Positions 14,401 to 25,164 are shown, counted from the first letter of the stretch. The stretch: DNA of 64,000 bases from Balanoglossus misakiensis (GCA_040954595.2 CM082598.2:8075097-8139096); one strand, 5' to 3'. Translations and numbers: made by a program. The notes: generated by a model not told the origin, from the letters alone.

Positions 14401-16790
14401 CTTTAAAATTTGTTTCCAGATATACTCGTCATCCAGTCAAATTGTTAGTACTTAACACAGTTGTCAATTACCAAAATCAATTTGTAACTCTCTGGCATCT
14501 TTAGAAGTAGTGCTGCTGAATTCAATCATTTCATTGTAGACTGCATAGAAGTAACGAGATGATAGCTTTGGCTGTGCTCCCCAAAGGTAGATAAGACTGC
14601 ACGTACATCATCAAAGAATGGAGGTAAGTAGTTTTAGTTCTCTTCACTTTTTGTAAAAATTTCAATTACTATATGTGTCTGTAACTTACTTCTGACAAAA
14701 GACAGTATGCTTTTATGTATCCAATTGGGACAGAGCTACACCGTGCCAGATGGAAAGGGGCAATTTGTATCTGTTGTAAAATAAGAAATTATACTTTATA
14801 TGACGTTTTATATAATGACATACACACACACACACATATATTCACAAACATGAAATGATACATATTATAGACTATGTCCTGTCATTGTTTAATATCCATT
14901 TTATCATTTTGCTCTTCCTGCATTCTTATTTTCAAATTACTGTGTTGATTAATTGGAAAAAATTCTTCCACCTTTCTGTTTTGTTTTTGTTTTCATTAGA
15001 ACTAACATACCCAGATTTTGTAGTGCCTTCCGATGAAACTGCCGTAGTGGTCCATTGACTTTGAAGTTAGCCGTCTTTCAAATGAAGACCAATCGAATTC
15101 CTCCAAAGAAAGCTTCAGGATTGCTCTGTCGTTTTCATCCATTATGCTCATAATCTCACCGAGCAGGTTCTTGTTTGGATTAATGAGGACAGCATGCAGC
15201 CTATCTTGGGGTGTGTCACTGGTAATAACAATATACATTTTCTAGATTAAATCATAGCCACTTCAATATCTGTTTCTCTTCAGTAAACAGATGTAGATGT
15301 CCACCTAAATTTGGATGCAATTTTTTCATATTTTATATCACTTTTTAAATTACAAACTGTTCATCTTCTGCGTAAAATGTAAAGCCGGATTGTATCTTGT
15401 TATTTAACAAATTTAATGAATTTGTTTCCTCCGGTAGACAATATCTACATTTGGTCAAATCATACGTACCTATAGGGACTAAAATTGTCAATATCGAGTA
15501 AGCTGTTGTAGCCCTCTCTGATGCCATTTCGTGTACGAATTTTCATTCGCTCACTCTCTGTTTCAGCTGCCTCTATTTCTTTAATTATTTCCTTTACTTT
15601 GTTTTTGGTTCTCAGAGTCCCAACTTGAGAAAGAGTAGTCTTGCTAATCTGTGTTACAAAACATATACATTTATCTTTAATTAATTTTGTTAGTAGTGAG
15701 CACTTTAGTGTAAGATAATGAGGGATTATGGGAAATAGAATGTGTATCTCCAAATTACGCGTGTGAGGAACCACCACCAACAATTTTGTTCTTTTTGAGC
15801 CTAGACATTCAACCACAACCCCAAGGACGTTGTGAGAATGGAACGTCTTTGGCACAGTATTGCACATCTCTTACTTACATCACACACTCTGCATGGATGG
15901 TTTGCAGTAGCTCCTAAGTGATTTGCCATTTTTGATCCCATCACACTATCGAAGATACCAATTGCAATCTTTGGTCTCACAATTACATCTTTCCCAGTAG
16001 ATGCATCGAACACAAGAACACCATCATTGCATTGCTTGATGTTTTCAATAATAGGAACGATCAATTCTGTTGACTGCACGATGTTTGATGTTGAAAGGAA
16101 GTTTATCCTTTTCTTTGATTGGTAAGCCAGACAACTGGACAGACAGAACATGGTAGCTGTTCCACTGCTTCGATTTATTGCCACTCGTGTCATCAACGAA
16201 TATGTTCAGTGGTAAGGTGTACATCGGAAGCCGTCGAGTGTTTTTTGTGTATACCACTTTTTCCTGAAAAAGGTTTCACAATTAAATTGTAGACATTTAA
16301 AGTATACAGTGATGGTGGTAGGAATACAATCAGAAAAAACCAGCCATTTACCCAGCAATTTTGCCAACTGCATTGACACTGACTTAGACAAGTAATTACC
16401 TAGACTGTAGTTTACTTTTTCGTGATAGCCAAATGTAAGTGTAATGAACAAAAATCACTCTCAGGCATCATGATATTTTATGTAAAAACTGAATGTTTTT
16501 ATTTTCCACAATCACCTAAGTAGAATGCCGTGGCAATATTTTCGTACACAATAGAAATTTACTAGTCAAGACTATTTTAATATTCTTTTAAATTAATGCT
16601 TTGGTGTTGCTTGGTTGGAAAGAGGTTGATGTATTGTCTTTCCCTTACCTCTGCCGTAGCCTCTTTCAACGTCCACCGGCCGTTGTCAGTATTCATGACA
16701 TGTGTGCCTGTGTAGTCTTCATGGTTACTGGTACCTAATATTTCATAGGTGTCTACAATCTTTGACTCGCCAATAATTGGGACTAGTGAC
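11493..16790 (-). pseudogene. Spliced CMC/EnSpm-related DDE transposase (9 exons, ~675 codons, 5'-truncated, one frameshift)
   Basis: Exons 16790-16649, 16263-15879, 15648-15470, 15218-15011, 14770-14690, 14322-14207, 13698-13471, 12868-12547, 11858-11493, all GT-AG with matching phases. Motifs LPLNIFVDDTSGNKSKQWN, IFDSVMGS, HPCRVCD (CxxC), DTPQDRLH, GSFIGRHYK, HYLLH (Hx3H), EKFEEENG, SIVHDC. Frameshift near 16105. Confidence 0.85.
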
Positions 16791-17084
16791 CTTTATATAT
16801 AGTAGATATAGTTTTAAAATACATACAGTCTATTACAATAAACTGTACACTTGACAAAGGCATGTGTTCTAATGAGTTCAATATTTAATTTTAAGTTTTT
16901 GAAAGAAAAATCCAGACTTGTACGTATTGATTTTTAAAGGGACAAAGTCTCTCTCTCGTTGCCCTTTGAACATTATCCAACGCACATAGGGTTCGATGCC
17001 TTTTAATTGTGGTTTTCGATACTTTCCGCCTCAGTGAAAGTGCAAAAATTATCCGCACTTTCATTACGGTCACAAATGAATGGT

Positions 17085-17246
17085 TCAGGAAATTTTGACT
17101 TTTGGTGTCGCTGTCCCTGTAACCTGCCACTTATCTAACGCACATAAGGTTCGATGCCTTTTACTCTGTACGTGTCGCCTGTAGTTGGAATCTCGAAAGG
17201 TTTTGTACTGACAGGTTTTGCAGCTGAAAACACGATCCTGACCCAT
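17085..17246 (-). CDS. Small C2H2 zinc-finger ORF (probably a degraded Polinton accessory gene)
   Basis: MGQDRVFSCKTCQYKTFRDSNYRRHVQSKRH = C-x2-C-x12-H-x5-H; KRHRTLCALD is duplicated downstream (~16975-17005) in another frame. Confidence 0.5.
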   Translation of the reverse strand: MGQDRVFSCKTCQYKTFRDSNYRRHVQSKRHRTLCALDKWQVTGTATPKVKIS

Positions 17247-17351
17247 ACTTTCATTTTGACGAGAGTAGTAATATGGGGTCATTGGCACCACATTACCATA
17301 AATTAGCATAATAGCATAATTAGCATTAATTAGCATAATTAACATAATTAC

Positions 17352-17546
17352 CATATTTACATATTCATGAGAATTTTATAAACCACATTAACATATATCT
17401 GCATATTTACATATTCATGAGAATTTTATAAACCACATTAACATACATCTGCATATTTACATATTCATGAGAAATTTATAAACCACATTAACATACATCT
17501 GCATATTTTTACATATTCATGAGGATTTTATAAACCACATTAACAC
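17352..17546. repeat. 50-bp tandem repeat x4 in divergent intergenic region
   Basis: catatttacatattcatgagaattttataaaccacattaacatacatctg at 17352, 17402, 17452, 17502; preceded by short attagcata repeats (~17300-17350). Confidence 0.9.
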
Positions 17547-17626
17547 TTCTTTAAAAGCGGTAGTTCACCAGTGCATGGTAAAACGATTTGATCGACACAC
17601 CTGTACACATCGTAAAGTGTAAAATA

Positions 17627-18239
17627 ATGGCAGCATCTCAAGATAGAAGATTCCCACTCAACGCAAAAGGAAAATGCGTCAGCGTATCTCTATGGGGTGG
17701 CGAGGTCAAAATCCACATCAGGAATTTCCCGGACGGTATTCCAACTCGCCAAGGTATAGCTTCACGAGTGGTCAAAGCTACTGTCGTACCTATCGGAGGT
17801 TGACACCGTCATCAGACAACTGTATCCAAACACCGATAACACGTGTGAGACCGATGGGGCAAGAGGGTCGACCATTGACGGGGGAAGAGGCTCCACCGTC
17901 CCGGACAACAGCCAGAAGAACATCGAAACAGTTCGCCAGAAGAACATCGAAACAGTTCACAGCGTAGGCCGCCACTTGAAACAAGTAAGAAATCAGACGC
18001 CACGGCTACCGTATTCACGACCCGTACCCCGCTATTTAAAACAAGTGGCCGAAGATATACCTGTGGAGAAGAGTAGAGCAGGGCCAAATGAATGTATGAA
18101 TCATACGCGCTGGACCGACTCTAACGAACCTGGAACACCGGTAAAACAGAAGAGAATTTTCGGGAAGCGTTTGGAGGCGTCAACTTTGGACGATGAAACT
18201 ACACCTGTATCCCCATCTTTTAGTGATTACAGGAAATAG
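17627..18239 (+). pseudogene. PC4/Sub1-like ssDNA-binding protein with low-complexity C-terminal tail (frameshifted)
   Basis: CVSVSLWGGEVKIHIRNFPDGIPTRQGIA then, after a frameshift at ~17760, LHEWSKLLSYLSEVDTVI completes the PC4 pattern (VsV..F.G...vdIR......P.kKGIsL...qW..L.....eId); that frame stays open to 18239. Confidence 0.75.
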
Positions 18240-18697
18240 AACAATGTTTTTAATGATGATAAATGTTATGACAACCGTGACACGTTGTTCTTTTGATCGA
18301 TGGTTTTTTCATACACAATATCGAGCAGTGTAATTTTGCACAATGCATATACAGTACTACAGAAATAAATAAAATGGCTTTTATACTTAATTTTATTGTA
18401 TTGGTGTGTTTGATTGCCGTATGGTTGTGATGTTGGATGTGATTGGTTTACGATGACCCGATGGTTATCGCCGACCATTATAAATACACTAAGACCCCTG
18501 TTTATACATTCATTTTACCCAAGTAAACAGCGATTGATATTTCGGGAGAGGAAAGACGCTCCCGCCCCCATAACGCGTTGTCATGAAGCTCTGTTGTCAA
18601 CCACCCTGTCACATTTCGAGATTTTTTGAAAACACCAAGTGTATCTGTGTCTGTTTTGGGGGTAAATTGGTGGTGGGTAACAATTCAACCTTTACCG

Positions 18698-19795
18698 ATG
18701 GATCGTGCGACCACCCTGTACATGGACCGAAAATACCGAAACCCCGTCAGCGCCGGTGGATTCAGAGGTGCCAGAAGTTTATATCAGGCTGTCTTAAATG
18801 AGGGTAAACACTTCGTACCAATGAGGGAAATTAAGGAATACTTATCAGGACGTGATTCGCACACTCTTCACTCTACTGCGAGAAAAAAATTCCCGAGAAA
18901 CAAGACCGTAGCTTTTAGAAAAGATCAGATATGGCAGATTGACTTAGTGGACATGAAATCTTTGTCTAAACACAACAACGGCAACCAGTATTTACTGACT
19001 GTAATGGATGTATTATCACGCTTCGCGTGGGCGGTGCCTCTACGTAACAAAACCTCGCAAAGTGTCCTGAAAGCTTTCAAGAAGATTTTGAGAAGTGGTA
19101 GAAAGCCCGAAAAAGTTTAATCTGACAAGGGGAAAGCATTTCTAAATACCAATTTTCAGAAGTTTTTAAAGACCCGTGGGATTGAACACTACACGAGTGA
19201 GAATGAAACAATAAAATGCTCCATCTTGGAACGATTTCACCGCACTCTTAAAAGTAGAATGTTTAAATATTTCACGGAAAACAGTACGTACACATATATA
19301 TCACGGTTACAAGATTTTGTCAATTCGTATAATACATCTGTACACAGAACCATCAGGGAAAAACCGTGCGATGTAAATGAAACCAATCAGGCGGAAATCT
19401 GGAGACGTCTACACGGCGGAGACTTAGCTAAAAGCCTTACTACACCCGCCAAATTTAAGTTCGATGTTGGTGACTCTGTACGCATATCCACCAACAGAGG
19501 TGTTTTTGCGCGTGGTTATCACCAGAATTTTTCCGAGGAAATTTTTACGGTGTCCAAACGGTTGTCGCGGCGTCAACCTGTGTACAGGCTTAAGGATTAC
19601 TCCGACAACGAGATCAAGGGATCGTTCTACGAATGGGAGCTCATACGTGTTAACAAATTGAATGATTTGTATAAAATAGAGAAAATAATCAGGCGTCGTC
19701 GTAAAAATGGAAGGATACAGTTATTAGTAAAGTGGCGCGGCTACCCCGCTCATTTTAACAGCTGGGTCTGGAAAGAGCAAGTCCAAAAAGTTTAG
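18698..19795 (+). pseudogene. Polinton retroviral-like (rve) integrase with C-terminal chromodomain; one in-frame stop
   Basis: WQIDLVDM, KV*SDKG (TAA at 19118-19120, probably from CAA), ERFHRTLK give the DDE triad; FYEWEL; chromodomain YKIEKII...LVKWRGYPAHFNSWV. Confidence 0.93.
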
Positions 19796-19808
19796 ACGTC
19801 TTGAAAGC

Positions 19809-20544
19809 ATGGCAACCGACTTTTACGTTACTTTAATAAGTGATGCAGGCAATATTTTGTACCCCGGAAACACCCCTGATCACTTCACGACAAAGCTTGC
19901 ACGACCGATAGATCTGGATGGCCAGTGGGAAGTAGGTCTGGTTCAGCTAATTTATCCACGAATGTGGTCCAACGTGACAGATGATAACAACACCGTATTT
20001 TACAGAAAATGGTACAGCGTTACGGGTACCTGTAGGATATTACGCGACGATTGAAGAGTATATTGGGGTAATTGAAGACCAGCCTGTGGGTGAGGATAAA
20101 GGTTTTCTGAAACTGAAGTATTACAATCACTCGGGGCGCGTTGGTAACGAGATTAAAGACGGGTACATCATACGGCCCCAGCCGGCGACAGCGGAAATAC
20201 TTGGATGGCGGCCAGGAAATAGGAGCGGTGTAGACCATGGTGATTTCCATGCAGACATAAACGCAGGGTTACACGTTCTCTATATTTATACAGACATTAT
20301 CGACTACCAACTTGTGGGGAACATCTCCTCATCGCTTCTGTGTACAGTACCCGTGGACGGCGGTCACACAGATACGGTAACGTTTACTCCCATCCACACG
20401 CATTACACAACCGTAAATTATAAGGACTTTGAAACCATTGAAATATTTATAAGGGACGAGCACGGGAAGAAATTTTCATTTGAATCGGGACGGGTGGTTG
20501 TTAAACTTCATTTTCGTCAGAAACGACCGCCCCAGTTCGCATAG
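19809..20544 (+). pseudogene. Polinton minor capsid (penton-like) protein, frameshift near 20000
   Basis: N-term FYVTLISD...YPGNTPDHFTTKLARPIDLDGQWEVGL; C-term LYIYTDII...VG...LL...F..IEI.IRDEHG..FSFESGRVVVKLHFR; position between INT and PW. Confidence 0.88.
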
Positions 20545-20555
20545 GAAAACTTGTG

Positions 20556-20987
20556 ATGAAGGGGTCAGCTGATATGTTGACGGATTATTACGTGGGACAG
20601 GCAAAAGGCGCCCCCGGAGCTCCGCCATTTTACAGGGGTGGGCTGCAGCATGGTTACGGTCTCGGATCGGTTTTTAGAAATATCGACCGTATGGCGATAC
20701 CATTATTTAAGAAGGGTGCGATGGAAATCGGAAAGACCGCACTGCATGCTGTTAGCAATATCGCTACAGATGTGTTGTCAGGCCGTAATTGGAAAGACTC
20801 CCTGAAAAACCGGACCCGTGAGTCTGGTAAAAAGCTGAGTAGACAGGCTCTATCAAGCATTCAGTCACGGGTGGTCGGTGGCAACGGTATAAAGTCCAAC
20901 ACACGGTGTAAGCGCAATAATTCTGTATCTAGACCCCGTAAACGAAGATCCGTCGCCACCACACAGCGTAACGATATATTTGCCTGA
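20556..20987 (+). CDS. Polinton PW / core-like protein
   Basis: YYVGQAKG...QHGYGLGSVFR..amphipathic helix..DVLSGRNWKDSLK, basic tail (RPRKRR) ending DIFA; GxG motifs resemble adenain cleavage sites; syntenic position. Confidence 0.8.
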   Translation: MKGSADMLTDYYVGQAKGAPGAPPFYRGGLQHGYGLGSVFRNIDRMAIPLFKKGAMEIGKTALHAVSNIATDVLSGRNWKDSLKNRTRESGKKLSRQALSSIQSRVVGGNGIKSNTRCKRNNSVSRPRKRRSVATTQRNDIFA

Positions 20988-20996
20988 TAAGTAGTC

Positions 20997-22340
20997 ATGG
21001 CTTCAGCCCTAGTGGATACAAACTCCTGTTGCGACTGTGCCAAAGATGAGCTGGATATTTTTACTGTACCACCGACTCAAACCAGTATTGAAAGCGGAAA
21101 ATACATACAGTTTAACCCTGTATCCTCACTGGCTGCAAACACACCGATTGAATTTCTGATACCCGGTAGCCCCAACGAATATGTTGATCTACCGCTTACC
21201 AGAGTGTATGTTAAAGCCCGCATTCTGAATGATGATGGTACAAATCTGGCCACCGAGGCTGAGGTGGGCCCCGTCAATCTTTTTCTCCAAAGTCTTTTCA
21301 GCCAGGTAGAAATTTCTCTCGGGGGACGCGTGATATCAAGCTCCGAGAACACATACCCCTACAGAGCCTATATAGAGACCGTGCTGAATTGCTCCAAGAA
21401 CGCGGCATCAACACATCTGACCAGCAGTCTCTACTACAAAGACACCGCGGGACGATTTGACCAGGCTAACCCTTTAGCACAGGGGGGAAATGTTAACGAG
21501 GGGTTGGTAAACAGATCGAGATTTACAACGGAAAGCAAGACGGTTGACCTGATAGGTCACATACATAGCGATATTTTCTTTCAAAAGAAACACCTGCTCA
21601 ATGGGGTTGACATAAAGATCAAGTTTAACAGATCAAAAGACGCATTCTGTCTTATGTCATCACAGCCACAGCAGCGTTATCGCGTGGAAATAGTTGAAGC
21701 AAGTCTACTTGTACGGCGGGTGAAGGTGTCACCGTCAGTCATCCAGGCACATGCCCGAGCACTCGAATTTGCGCCAGCCCGTTACCCGATCGACAGAGTC
21801 GAGTGCAAGAGTTACACCGTAACACCTGGACACCTTTCTTTTACAAGGGAGAATATCTTTTTGAACACTTTACCGAAGAGATTAGTGCTAGGACTTGTTG
21901 ACGCTGAAGCTTATTCGGGTACTTACACAAAGAACCCTTCTAATTTTAAAGCGTATGGTGTAAACTATTTAGCGGTCACGGCAAATTCTGAAACCGTGGG
22001 TGGAAAACCCCTCACTCTGTCGTACACACAGCAAGGTGGTCGTAACTACATAAGGGCGTACGAGTCATTGTTTACGGGTACCGGAGCGTACTATTCGAAC
22101 GTCTCGCACGATATTTCGCGAGAGGACTACGCCGGAGGGAACACTCTTTACGCTTTCGATCTCACGCCCGAACTGGGCCGTGGTAGTGACCATTTCAGCA
22201 CCGTCCAAACGGGGGCTCTATCCATAGAGGTGCATTTTGACGCCGCATCACCCAACCCTGTTAATTTGATTGTGTACGCGGAATTTGACGAGATCGTGAG
22301 AATAGACAAGTCCAGAAACGTGATCGGGGACTTTAAATGA
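20997..22340 (+). CDS. Polinton major capsid protein (double jelly-roll, PY/hexon-like), intact 447 aa
   Basis: KDELDIFTVPPTQTSIE, PIEFLIPG..EYVDL, PVNLFLQSLFSQV, YPYRAYIETVLN, IHSDIFFQKKHLLNGVD, LPKRLVLGLV, LYAFDLTP, IVYAEF: motifs typical of animal Maverick MCPs. Confidence 0.93.
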   Translation: MASALVDTNSCCDCAKDELDIFTVPPTQTSIESGKYIQFNPVSSLAANTPIEFLIPGSPNEYVDLPLTRVYVKARILNDDGTNLATEAEVGPVNLFLQSLFSQVEISLGGRVISSSENTYPYRAYIETVLNCSKNAASTHLTSSLYYKDTAGRFDQANPLAQGGNVNEGLVNRSRFTTESKTVDLIGHIHSDIFFQKKHLLNGVDIKIKFNRSKDAFCLMSSQPQQRYRVEIVEASLLVRRVKVSPSVIQAHARALEFAPARYPIDRVECKSYTVTPGHLSFTRENIFLNTLPKRLVLGLVDAEAYSGTYTKNPSNFKAYGVNYLAVTANSETVGGKPLTLSYTQQGGRNYIRAYESLFTGTGAYYSNVSHDISREDYAGGNTLYAFDLTPELGRGSDHFSTVQTGALSIEVHFDAASPNPVNLIVYAEFDEIVRIDKSRNVIGDFK

Positions 22341-22863
22341 ATACATTACAGCTTGATAGAGTCTTACGTGGTGACCGGGTTGTAGGTCACCACTTTAAAG
22401 GTGATTACCCTCTTGATAAACTACCCAGAATTATCAATGTGTACCCTAGTGCATTTGTGTTAAATTCCGATACCTCTAATCTACCCGGGAGCCACTGGCT
22501 CGCAATATATTTTGATGAAGATGGTAGGGGTGAATTTTTTGATTCGTATGGCTACCCGCCCGATTTCTACGGCGGTGATCTTACAACCCTCCTCGGTCAA
22601 AATTCAAAATTTCCGTACAAATACAACACGCGAAGTTTACAGGTTTTTTTTCAACAGTGTACGGGCAGTACGTCATATTTTATTTATACCATAGGTGTAG
22701 GGGGCTAAGTATGGGTAAAATTCAGGGAATTTTCACTAAAGATCGAGGGTTGAACGATTATTGGGTGAATGATTTCGTTTTTCGCAAGTTTGGTCTTTAT
22801 AGAGACTCTGTAGACTTAGACTTCATATCTGGACAGATAGCGAGAGCTCTTAATTATTACTAA
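22337..22863 (+). pseudogene. Adenain-like (C5) maturation cysteine protease, frameshifted, catalytic Cys lost
   Basis: VLNSDTSNLPGSHWLAIY (His), EFFDSYG (Asp), SLQ (oxyanion Gln); frameshift in the T run at ~22645; expected CGQY reads YGQY; start overlaps MCP stop (ATGA). Confidence 0.9.
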
Positions 22864-22989
22864 ATTGTTACTTCACGATAACTTCAATAATGATTGTAAT
22901 GGTGCGGGGGAGTTGGCATATAAATACAATATACACATAAGATACGATTTATTGTTGTTTATTCCATCACAATAAAAAATATAGCTGTG

Positions 22990-23020
22990 AACAGCAATAA
23001 GCGGGTTTCGAGACACTACT
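22990..23020 (+). repeat. Polinton right terminus (TIR end ...gggtttcgagacACTACT)
   Basis: ACTACT at 23015-23020 is followed immediately by an unrelated host repeat (agccctattgg...). Confidence 0.7.
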
Positions 23021-23795
23021 AGCCCTATTGGTTCGCCTGGAGATAGATTTGTGCATATTTAATTACTGCATTAGTTGTTCTATCACTCCAAATGCCAAGG
23101 GTGTATGTGCTGTGGATGCTGAGATGTGGAAAAGTAGGTCAAAGGTCACGTGAGGTCACGCTTAATATGAGCAGAAATTTTTTACGCTATACTGGTCCAT
23201 GTCCAACAAAAACCAGACCTGTAGCCTTACTGGTTTGTCTGGAATTAGGTATGCACATAATTAATGAGTTAGGCAGGTGTCACAGGTGACTCTAAAATTT
23301 GGCGTCTTATTTTGGTCCTGTCTGTCCAAACACCTAAGCTGTACCTGCTCTGGATGCCGAGATATGTGAAAGTAGGTCAAAGGTCACCCAAGGACATCCA
23401 AAGTTTTGGGGAAAAAAATGTCCCCATACTGGTCCATGTCCGACAAAAACCAGACCTATAGCCCTATTGGTTTGCCTGGAATTAGGTATGCACATAGTTA
23501 ATGAGTTAAGCAGGTGTCACAGGTGAGCCTTAAATTTGGCTTCTTATTTTGGTCCCATCCACCCAAACACCTAAGCTGTACCTGCTCTGGATGCTGAGAT
23601 ATGTGAAAGTAGGTCAAAGGTCACCCAAGGTCACCGAAAATTTGGGGGGAAAATTTGACCCCATACTGGCCCATGTCCGACAAAAACCAGACCTGTAGCC
23701 CTATTGGTTTGCCTGGAATTAGGTATGCACATAATTAATGAGTTGAGCAGGTGTCACAGGTGAGCCTTAAATTTGGCTTCTTATTTTGGTCCTAT
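23021..23795 (+). repeat. Partial copy of dispersed element with ~238-bp tandem subunits
   Basis: gtaggtcaaaggtca recurs at ~23134, 23372, 23609; same family as 25488-28420. Confidence 0.85.
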
Positions 23796-24724
23796 GCTGC
23801 AGACTATTGCACCGACCAGAATTCTACAAAACTATGTGGCCATAGCTTAAGTATAGTGGAATAAGTATAGGTATAGATTTCATAAAAAAATTAATATAAA
23901 AAAATCGGTTGATTTTTCATATTATTTTTTTCAGTTGGAACTGATTGTCAGAAACTGGGTTTGACTTCTACATTAAATGACATGTTTCTTAAAAATTACA
24001 GAGTAAATATGATCCGAATTACTCAGCAATTGATCAAAAGTTGCACGTGACGTTTCCTGACAAATGGGATCTTGACACTTTTTTTGCAAAACAGGGAAAG
24101 ACGATACTCTGTCGAGCCCAGTGAATGGCTCCGGTGTCGATATCGCTCTATTAGATGATGTCAGTGCTGTGAGCATTCAATCCGACCCACAACAACGTCA
24201 GAAAAAAACGGAAAAGCAACGTGGATTTCACACAAGGTAATATTGTCTGTGACGCGTCATTCAAATCTGTGCACTGCCAAAAGAATATGAAAATGTGGCC
24301 AAGCAGATCAAGTTGCGATAGTCAAGACGTGAATTTGCTCCTGGCGAAGATACCTAAATTATCGACCTGCCTGTTATAAGCATTGTTTTCTCAATATCTA
24401 TAGTCTATTAACAGATTAGAATCTGTGCCATAGTGACATAAGCATGTCTAGAGAATGTATAAATTCATTTCAGGCGAAGCTTTCCAATTCCTCGTAATAA
24501 ATGGAGCATTAGTTTTACATGGCTCACCGAACTGTTCATATTTTTAAAGAATAAACATCTGGAAAAGTGTTAGTTTTCGGTTTTGCCGGGTACAATTACT
24601 CATTGCGCAGTGAATGACCCATAGCAATTCAAGAAGCTATACCAGTGAATCCACATGGTGTTACTGCATTATTTATAATACCATAAGATAAAGAGATAAG
24701 CCGTTTCTCACCTATATTGCTTAA

Positions 24725-25164
24725 ACCCCGGTGCGGAAAGTACCGGGGTTCGGATTAACGTGTGTTTGTTTAGTTGTTTATTTGGGAGTGGTCGTCGCGC
24801 ATAATGACTGTGTAATTGATCTCATGTACATAGAAAATAATTGAACACTTTACACTTCCACGTGATTGACAGCTGTTTGAATGGCGTGGTTATTGTTTCC
24901 CAGGGACGCTTCTGAAAAGCACTGAAACCAGATTTCTCCCAAAATCATCGTTGTTTCAAAAGCTTGTGTACTTTTTCGTCGATAACTTTAAGTTGTGTGT
25001 GTTTATAAAGCCAACTACTGTCGTGGTGTGGTGTAATTCTTTATGCTTGGACCTGTTTGGGCCGATTTTCATAGAGCCAAGATCGTTGGTGTTGTCTGTT
25101 GTCAGTCAAACGGCATTAAGATTCGCCACTGATTTGGGGGGTCTTTTATACCCCGCACCGGGGT
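24725..25164 (+). mobile_element. TTAA-target MITE (Kolobok/piggyBac-type), copy A
   Basis: TIR accccggtgcgg...ccgcaccggggt with TTAA on both sides; inverted copy at 36592-36973. Confidence 0.85.

Larger units (their letters stand above)
7855..16800 (-). mobile_element. CMC (CACTA/EnSpm-like) DNA transposon, one end present, other end missing
   Basis: Sequence switch at 7855 (cacagggg...) truncates the 1.6-kb repeat; clustered subterminal-type motifs ttggccaagctt/ccaaggtt/ccaaacct at 7905-8060; spliced CMC-type transposase inside. Boundaries inferred. Confidence 0.5.
16890..23020 (+). mobile_element. Polinton/Maverick (adintovirus-like) endogenous element, right half
   Basis: Intronless compact cassette INT-minor capsid-PW-major capsid-protease in the order known from animal Mavericks; ends in ACTACT (reverse complement of the AGTAGT terminus); no pPolB or ATPase in window; left boundary approximate. 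Confidence 0.92.

Noticed and set aside
16791-17246. C2H2 ORF as the spliced first exon of the transposase
   Set aside because: No strong phase-2 donor found to match the acceptor at 16791; cannot be supported without transcripts.
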